Assembly (NCBI GenBank): GCA_050298055.1
Contig: JBNKTL010000044.1
Coordinates: forward strand, 1-44,162
DNA: 44,162 bases
Direction of reading: 5' to 3'
DNA from: Spirochaetota bacterium
GTDB taxonomy: Bacteria; Spirochaetota; UBA4802; UBA5550
Made by a program: the position numbers and the translations under genes
The notes under the pieces: model-generated
What the model was told of the DNA's origin: nothing
Database searches by the model: none
What the model saw: the letters and a program-made list of their open reading frames with translations, nothing else
Shown here: positions 38,071-44,162 of the stretch, piece after piece
Position numbering within the stretch: the stretch's first letter is position 1
Layout of the letters: each line of letters starts with the position of its first letter

Positions 38071-39480
38071 ATGAATGTTCTATCAAGTACTCAGGGTGTT
38101 CTCACCATTTCTTCATACACTGCTCTCATCTATATTATTACCTGGGGTTTTGCCAGGGGATACGGAAAGACCAAGCTCCAGTTCCTGCTGGCTGAACGAA
38201 AAGTGGGTGTGTGGGCGTCCGCCTTTTCAATTGCGGCCACGTGGGTCTGGGCACCGGCACTTTTTATCGCGTCCCAAAAAGCATACCTGCACGGCATTGC
38301 CGGGGTTTTCTGGTTTACCGTACCCAATGTTGCCTGCCTGGTCATCTTTGCCTATTTTGCGCAGCGCATCAGGAACATCATGCCCCATGGGTTTACCCTT
38401 TCAGGTTTTATCAGGACCCGCTACTCACGGCGCGTCCAGGTCATGTATCTCATTGAACTCCTGGGCCTGGCCACCTGTTCCTTTGCCGTGCAGCTTCTGG
38501 CCGGGGCAAAAATTCTGTCCTTGGTGACCGGTTTCTCTTTTTCCGGAATTACAATTCTCATGGCCGGTATTGCCGTTGTCTATTCCCTTATGTACGGCTT
38601 GAAGGCCTCAGTGGTGACGGATTATTTTCAGATGGTACTCATAATTCTCGTCGGAGGATTTCTCGTCATCTGGTCCGTGTCCCGGTCCGGAGGAGCAGAG
38701 TCCATAGCGGCCGGTCTTGGCGGTTTAAGCGGGAAATACGGCAGTCTCTTTTCAAAGGAGAGCCTGGATCTTGCCCTCACCTTCGGGGTCCCGGTAACCA
38801 TCGGCCTGCTGGCCGGTCCCTTCGGAGACCAGTCCTTCTGGCAGCGGGCCTTCGCCACGGAAAAAGATTCCGTGAAAAGCGCCTTTATCCGCGGCGCCTT
38901 TATCTTTGCCCTGGTTCCCGTTCTCCTGTCACTCCTGGGATTTATTGCCGCGGGGACCGGAATGGCAGTTAAAGACCCTGCACTGGTAAACCTCGAAGCG
39001 GTTATAAAATTTCTGCCCTCGTGGACCATTATTCCCTTTATCTTTGTACTCATGTCCGGCCTGATATCCACACTTGACTCAAACCTCTGCGCTATTTCAT
39101 CACTTGCGGGGCATGACATTTCAGATGAATCATCAGACAGTTCCGAATCACCCCCGATCTCACGGTGGAGCATGGTATCCGTTTCCGTTGTTGCGGTTCT
39201 CATCGCCAATATCCCCGACCTGAAAATCGTACATCTCTTTCTTTTTTACGGGACACTCCGCGCGTCAACACTTCTTCCCACAGTCATGACCATACTCGGC
39301 ATGGAACTGTCGGAAAAGGGGTTATTCTGGGGAATACTCATATCACTGGTCATAGGACTTCCCCTCTTTTCCTATGGGAAAATGACCAGTAATACGGCCC
39401 TCATAATAGCCGGGTCCCTCTTTACGGTGCTGGCATCGGGAATCACAGCGGTATTATGGAAAATGAAGAGTGAAAGTTGA
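38071..39480 (+). CDS. sodium:solute symporter family (DUR3/urea-amine-like)
   Basis: About 13 TMs; SIAATWVWAPAL, GLKASVVTDYFQ, DQSFWQR, STLDS motifs; AGGAGG RBS. Confidence 0.88.
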   Translation: MNVLSSTQGVLTISSYTALIYIITWGFARGYGKTKLQFLLAERKVGVWASAFSIAATWVWAPALFIASQKAYLHGIAGVFWFTVPNVACLVIFAYFAQRIRNIMPHGFTLSGFIRTRYSRRVQVMYLIELLGLATCSFAVQLLAGAKILSLVTGFSFSGITILMAGIAVVYSLMYGLKASVVTDYFQMVLIILVGGFLVIWSVSRSGGAESIAAGLGGLSGKYGSLFSKESLDLALTFGVPVTIGLLAGPFGDQSFWQRAFATEKDSVKSAFIRGAFIFALVPVLLSLLGFIAAGTGMAVKDPALVNLEAVIKFLPSWTIIPFIFVLMSGLISTLDSNLCAISSLAGHDISDESSDSSESPPISRWSMVSVSVVAVLIANIPDLKIVHLFLFYGTLRASTLLPTVMTILGMELSEKGLFWGILISLVIGLPLFSYGKMTSNTALIIAGSLFTVLASGITAVLWKMKSES

Positions 39481-39507
39481 TGTGAGGAACAGAAAGTTTC
39501 AACAGAG

Positions 39508-39544
39508 TAATTCTCCCGGTGATGCATTTCATTACCGGGGATTA
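39508..39544 (+). terminator. stem-loop after the SSS gene
   Basis: cccggtgatg / cattaccggg arms; no strong U tract. Confidence 0.4.
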
Positions 39545-39559
39545 TACATTGTTTGAGAG

Positions 39560-40342
39560 GTGACCATCGTGGCGCATAAAACTATTTCTTTAACCTGTCC
39601 CAATTGCGGAGCCGGATTCAACAATGCCGCGCCTGATAATCCCAATGACAGTTTTATTACCTGTCCCTACTGCAAAACAGCATTGCAATTTAAGCCCACA
39701 ACGACCTACACTCAGCAGGACAGCGATATGACTATCAAAATAGAGGATACAGACTGGATTGTTGTCCCCAGAGGAGTCTTGAGCAGCAAAGCGAAAAAAG
39801 TATCCGCCATATTACTGGTCTTTACAGCAGCCCTCATTTTTGTCCTGGTTGAAATAACCCGAGAGGGTTCAATTTATAATTCGGGGAAAACAGCGGAAAA
39901 AAAGAACGGGCTCTCTGTTACTTCAGAGAATTTTCCCCTTGTGTATTCCGGGGAAAAGAAATTCATCCTGAAAAATAAAAAGCTTGTCTCCAATCATAAA
40001 GCCATAGAAGTCAGGGACAGATGCACCCTTGAACTCTATAATGTCACCATCCATTCCAATAATCATATTGCCATCAGGACCCGCGGGAATGCCACGGTCA
40101 TCATTAAAAGCTCGAAAATCTCGGGAAAATACCGGGCAATGGTGTCAACAGGTTCCTCAAGGATTAAAATTGTCAATTCAACTTTCACCAGCCCCGATAC
40201 TGCCATTGTTGCCCGGGAACAGGCAGAGGTCAGTATTATGGGATCAACCATTGCAGGGAGACGTTTTTCATATATCACGAAAAACTCCGGGAAAGTCGAG
40301 GTGAAAAACTCAAATATCAAAGGGAGAATATTGAAGAAATGA
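39560..40342 (+). CDS. Zn-ribbon + TM + beta-helix-like hypothetical protein
   Basis: CPNC/CPYC, one TM, C-terminal repeats of the AI......I.I..S.I type. Confidence 0.75.
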   Translation: MTIVAHKTISLTCPNCGAGFNNAAPDNPNDSFITCPYCKTALQFKPTTTYTQQDSDMTIKIEDTDWIVVPRGVLSSKAKKVSAILLVFTAALIFVLVEITREGSIYNSGKTAEKKNGLSVTSENFPLVYSGEKKFILKNKKLVSNHKAIEVRDRCTLELYNVTIHSNNHIAIRTRGNATVIIKSSKISGKYRAMVSTGSSRIKIVNSTFTSPDTAIVAREQAEVSIMGSTIAGRRFSYITKNSGKVEVKNSNIKGRILKK

Positions 40343-40365
40343 CCTTCAAACTTCCCTGATACACC

Positions 40366-40435
40366 ATAACCCGCAACCCATATCTCACAACTCGCAACTT
40401 GTAACATGTAACACGTAACTTGCAACTTGTAACTT
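40366..40435. repeat. heptamer tandem array x10 (consensus RYAACYY)
   Basis: ataaccc gcaaccc atatctc acaactc gcaactt gtaacat gtaacac gtaactt gcaactt gtaactt. Confidence 0.85.
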
Positions 40436-40449
40436 TCTACCCTCCATTT

Positions 40450-40488
40450 GTTACATCTGTGTTACACACAAGTTACACATATGTTAAA
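40450..40488 (+). promoter_or_regulatory. four 11-bp-phased GTTACA direct repeats upstream of amtB
   Basis: GTTACA at 40450, 40461 and 40472; GTTAAA at 40483. Confidence 0.6.
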
Positions 40489-40602
40489 TTACAGGGGTTT
40501 TCACTGTTTGAGAACTTTAAAAATTGACGATTTTGTATTTTGATATTTTATTAAATGCATGATTCACATTATATTTTACATAACACTTGTTAGGAGGTAA
40601 AA

Positions 40603-41985
40603 ATGAACAGGATGCTTAAAGTTATATCAGCGGCAATTATACTCGTTTCCAGTCCAGTACTGTTATATGCTGAAGAAGCTGCTGAAGCTGTTACCTATAA
40701 GACCCCGGCGATAGATTTTCTCTGGATGTGTCTGGCAGCATTCCTCGTTTTCTTTATGCAGCCGGGATTTGCGCTTGTAGAAACCGGTTTCACACGGGCA
40801 AAGAATGCAGGTAACATTATCATGAAAAACCTTATGGACTTCTCTGTGGGGTCAATAGCGTTTTTTATCATAGGATACGGCCTCATGTATGGCGATTCAA
40901 TCGGAGCATTTATCGGAGGCTCAAACTTTTTTCTCAGTGACGCTACACCGGCACTTCCCAAGGCAGTCAAAGGTGTCGTTGATAACAGCGGCATGTTTGT
41001 TTACGCGCAGTGGATTTTCCAGGCGGTTTTCGCGGCAACAGCCGCCACAATCGTTTCGGGAGGCATGGCCGAAAGAACAAAGTTTACCTCATACCTGATC
41101 TTCAGCCTTATCATATCGGCTTTTATCTACCCGATATCAGGTCACTGGATCTGGCAGGGCAGCGGATGGCTTACCAAGCTCGGCTTTCAGGATTTCGCCG
41201 GTTCCACAGTTGTTCATTCCGTTGGAGGATGGGCGGCACTCATGGGCGCATGGTTTCTGGGACCGCGGATAGGCAAGTACAACGGTGACGGCAAACCAAA
41301 AGCCATACCGGGACACAATATACCGCTGGCCGCGCTGGGTGTTTTCATCCTCTGGTTCGGATGGTTCGGGTTTAACCCGGGAAGTACGCTGACTGCATCC
41401 GGACGGGACGGTTTCTCCATGGCATTCATCGCGGTCAATACATCCCTTGCAGCCGCAGCGGGAGCAGTAGCCGCAATGGTCACCATATGGATATCTTCCG
41501 GAAAACCTGACGTCAGTATGAGCCTCAACGGCGCCCTGGCCGGGCTTGTGGGAATAACAGCGGGCTGTGCTTTTGTTTCACCGTCCAGCGCTATCCTCAT
41601 CGGTCTTATTTCAGGAGTGATCGTTGTGTTTTCCGTTAAGTTTATTGACTTTGTCCTTAAGGTAGACGATCCCGTTGGTGCCGTTTCGGTTCACGGCGTT
41701 TGCGGTGCCGTGGGAACACTCCTTGTGGGAGTTTTCGCAGACACCAATTACGGCGGCGGAATGAACGGTCTTCTCAACGGCGGCGGTTTTAAACTGCTGG
41801 GCGTTCAGGCAATCGGTGTTTTTGCCGTACTGGGATGGACAGTTGTGACATCAGGGGTCCTCTTCTTTGTTCTCAAGAAGACCATCGGTCTCAGGGTAAG
41901 CAGAGAAGAAGAACTGAGAGGCCTGGATATCGAAGAGCATGGAATGGAGTCATATTCCGGGTTCCAGATCTTCAGGACACAGTAG
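40603..41985 (+). CDS. amtB: ammonium transporter
   Basis: [57 protein letters not shown]; signal peptide; AGGAGG RBS. Confidence 0.97.
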   Translation: MNRMLKVISAAIILVSSPVLLYAEEAAEAVTYKTPAIDFLWMCLAAFLVFFMQPGFALVETGFTRAKNAGNIIMKNLMDFSVGSIAFFIIGYGLMYGDSIGAFIGGSNFFLSDATPALPKAVKGVVDNSGMFVYAQWIFQAVFAATAATIVSGGMAERTKFTSYLIFSLIISAFIYPISGHWIWQGSGWLTKLGFQDFAGSTVVHSVGGWAALMGAWFLGPRIGKYNGDGKPKAIPGHNIPLAALGVFILWFGWFGFNPGSTLTASGRDGFSMAFIAVNTSLAAAAGAVAAMVTIWISSGKPDVSMSLNGALAGLVGITAGCAFVSPSSAILIGLISGVIVVFSVKFIDFVLKVDDPVGAVSVHGVCGAVGTLLVGVFADTNYGGGMNGLLNGGGFKLLGVQAIGVFAVLGWTVVTSGVLFFVLKKTIGLRVSREEELRGLDIEEHGMESYSGFQIFRTQ

Positions 41986-41995
41986 GGGGTATATG

Positions 41996-42337
41996 ATGAA
42001 ACTTATAATAGCATATATACAGCCTGAGAAACTGGAAGACGTAAAACAGGAGCTGCAGAAAAACAATGTGGCAAAACTCTCCGTCACAAACTCACTGGGA
42101 TGCGGCCAGCAGGGCGGCTACCATGAAGTCTACAGGGGGGTTGATATAGACGTTAATCTTCTTCAGAAGGTCAGGGTTGAGATCGCGGTCAACGAAGAAT
42201 TTGTTGATACGACAATTAAGGCCATTATTACCGGGGCAAAAACAGGAAATATCGGTGACGGCAAAATTTTTGTTGTAAATCTTGAAAAATGTATTAGAAT
42301 ACGGACCGAAGAAGAAGGAAAAGACGCAATTGGATAA
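41996..42337 (+). CDS. glnK: P-II nitrogen regulatory protein
   Basis: [14 protein letters not shown]-loop G.G.Q...[18 protein letters not shown]; adjacent to amtB. Confidence 0.93.
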   Translation: MKLIIAYIQPEKLEDVKQELQKNNVAKLSVTNSLGCGQQGGYHEVYRGVDIDVNLLQKVRVEIAVNEEFVDTTIKAIITGAKTGNIGDGKIFVVNLEKCIRIRTEEEGKDAIG

Positions 42338-42429
42338 AAAAACAGACCTGAGGGGAAAGCGGTTATTCGACCGGCTTTCCCCCCGGCCTGAATATAATAA
42401 TTAAATTATCAAAACAAATGGAGGACACA

Positions 42430-43221
42430 ATGAAACAAATTGCAAGAACTTTCCTGGCAATTGTATTTTTAACAGCAGCAGTAAATTCATACGCACAGGA
42501 AGCGGGAACCACTGAATCTAAAGCGGACCCCATGGGACTCTCCTTTGGAGTCGATTATATGAGCACCTACCTCTGGAGAGGCGGATACTGGTTTAATGGA
42601 GACGGGGCTTTCTTTCCTTCTGTCTCATTTGAGAAGGCCGGTTTTTCAATAGGCTACGCGGGAGAATACAGCGAAGACGCCTGGACAGGGAAAGACACAG
42701 ACGTGGTAAATCCCGGTATTGAAAAAAAACACGCGGCTGACTTCGGCATCGGTTATTCTTATTCAGTTGAAAAACTGGTAACAATCGGCGCAAGTGTCTG
42801 GTATTACTACTTCTATAATGAAGATGCCAATACATTCTATACAGGGACTGTATCATTAGCGCTGGACCTGCTGCCGCTCACACCAACAATTGCCTATAAC
42901 CACGACTACTATACCGATTCAAAGGAAAAGAAAGACTACTATATAACACTGGGATTAAGTAAAAGTATTGAAGCAAAGAGCGGGGAAATCAGCCTGGGAG
43001 TGACAGCCGGATATTACAACTGTGTTTCAGGTGATACGGAATTAAAAGGTATCAGCGATGTAACGGCATCCCTGGGAGCAAGCACAACCGTAGGCGCTGT
43101 GACCCTTTCCGGAAGCTTTAACTGGGTCTATGTTCCCAGCGAGGATTATTATGTACGCGAAGATGGTTCAGATGATAAGAACAGAACATACGCCACCTTC
43201 GGCGCTTCATATTCACTGTAA
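42430..43221 (+). CDS. TorF/Gcw_chp-like outer-membrane beta-barrel
   Basis: Signal peptide, STYLWRG motif, alternating beta strands, C-terminal GASYSL; this family is often found beside amtB-glnK. Confidence 0.75.
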   Translation: MKQIARTFLAIVFLTAAVNSYAQEAGTTESKADPMGLSFGVDYMSTYLWRGGYWFNGDGAFFPSVSFEKAGFSIGYAGEYSEDAWTGKDTDVVNPGIEKKHAADFGIGYSYSVEKLVTIGASVWYYYFYNEDANTFYTGTVSLALDLLPLTPTIAYNHDYYTDSKEKKDYYITLGLSKSIEAKSGEISLGVTAGYYNCVSGDTELKGISDVTASLGASTTVGAVTLSGSFNWVYVPSEDYYVREDGSDDKNRTYATFGASYSL

Positions 43222-43260
43222 TTGTATTGACTTAACTTCATACAATTTTCTCTTTAAATT

Positions 43261-43291
43261 AAAGGGGACTCATGCTGGTCCCCTTTTTTTT
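43261..43291 (+). terminator. intrinsic terminator of the amtB-glnK-porin operon
   Basis: aaaggggac-8nt-gtccccttt followed by a T run. Confidence 0.85.
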
Positions 43292-43292
43292 A

Positions 43293-43504
43293 AATGCTCT
43301 TAGCGTTCCGATGAAGAACTTCTCGTCATATCAAAATCACCAGGCAAGAAAAAATCAGAAAATGTCTCATACAAAATTTTAAAGAAAGTGAGGGTAATCG
43401 AGAAACTTCCGGTAAGGGACCAGAACGCAATATTCCATTTCATCAATGCTTTAGTGGAAAAGAATAAGGTAAGGGGAAAGAACAAACTGAAGCAGAAAAA
43501 GTAA
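43293..43504 (+). pseudogene. 5'-truncated, frameshifted XRE-family regulator remnant
   Basis: Hand translation NALSVP/(shift)DEELLVISKSPGKKKSENVSYKILKKVRVIEKLPVRDQNAIFHFINALVEK...; resembles the last HTH helix and C-tail of XRE repressors. Confidence 0.5.
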
Positions 43505-43509
43505 CCGGC

Positions 43510-44127
43510 TCATACAGCCCCAATTATTATTTCAAAATCTTTAGCTTGTTTAAGTAATATTTTTAATTCACCTTTATTTACCTTTAACCTGGTAAACATT
43601 GGTTTTAACCACTGTATCATTAAATTAACAGCTTCATTTATATATTTTGAAAATTGGTCTTTTTCGTCGTCAACCATACTTAAATTATCAGATATAATGC
43701 TATAAATTTCATTTATTCTTGTTTCACTTAAATATGCTGGATCTTTCTTGAACTGTACTAAATCTTGCAATGCAATTAATAACGTTACTCTACATTTTCT
43801 CAATGGTAAAATTATAGTATCATTCATATCAAATAATACTTTCCCTTTAATAAATGATTCTTCCAGTTTTCCGAAATTTGTTTCCAAAAATTTCCATCTT
43901 TCAGTATAACAATATTCCGTAGCAAGCGCTTCTTCCTCACGAGTTAATGTAAATTTATCGTGTAATTCTTTCGGTTTTTCATATTGTCGTATACCTGGAT
44001 TCCTCACATGCGCAAAAGCTTGTTTTACTTTATAGACATTTTCTAATATCTCTTGTGCCAGTTCAAATTTACTTGTTCCTTTTAACAGTTTCCTGAAAAA
44101 CTCATGAGTATCAAGAATTAATTGCAA
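43510..44127 (-). CDS. AT-rich hypothetical protein (start uncertain)
   Basis: 205-codon ORF from TTG, in-frame TGA shortly upstream; LKG...FELA...VYKV...VRNP segment. Confidence 0.65.
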   Translation of the reverse strand: MQLILDTHEFFRKLLKGTSKFELAQEILENVYKVKQAFAHVRNPGIRQYEKPKELHDKFTLTREEEALATEYCYTERWKFLETNFGKLEESFIKGKVLFDMNDTIILPLRKCRVTLLIALQDLVQFKKDPAYLSETRINEIYSIISDNLSMVDDEKDQFSKYINEAVNLMIQWLKPMFTRLKVNKGELKILLKQAKDFEIIIGAV

Positions 44128-44162
44128 TTTAAGGGTATATCACCAATAAAAGGAATATGAGA

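Noticed and set aside
40063..40425. 120-aa minus-strand ORF
   Set aside because: Starts in the heptamer array and is antisense to a more credible gene.
40366..40490. CRISPR array
   Set aside because: Units are 7 or 11 bp with no unique spacers, and no cas genes are in the window.
43300..43485. 61-aa minus-strand ORF
   Set aside because: The opposite strand gives a more protein-like XRE-type fragment.

Overview
Bacterial chromosomal window with no rRNA, tRNA, CRISPR array or transposase seen. The lipoproteins, TPR protein and Bat locus would fit a Spirochaetota-like organism, but the taxonomy is a guess. Left to right: moxR-DUF58-membrane protein-batA-batB operon (minus, cut at the left edge); pgl and a GT4 glycosyltransferase; a signal-less gingipain-like (C25) protease with a neighbouring hypothetical; several hypothetical, lipoprotein and beta-helix genes; classical menaquinone genes menF-menD / menC-menE-menH split by a vapBC module and a TPR gene; a membrane-anchored LuxR regulator with a DUF2231-like gene; DnaJ-domain protein, MFS transporter, MCP and Lhr helicase; hicBA; an NTP-transferase-fold protein; an operon encoding a Zn-ribbon/TM/Toprim-like protein, an asparagine-synthetase-like ligase lacking the N-terminal Cys, and an SSS transporter; amtB-glnK-TorF-like porin; and an AT-rich edge with a regulator remnant. 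The least explained signals are: (i) a ~135-bp dispersed element, seen 4 times, with terminal inverted repeats and a central GC hairpin; (ii) the atypical amidoligase operon; (iii) four 11-bp-phased GTTACA boxes upstream of amtB; (iv) a perfect 18-bp palindrome abutting a sigma70 promoter next to the LuxR gene; and (v) several types of orphan short-period and REP-like repeats, two of them beside toxin-antitoxin modules.
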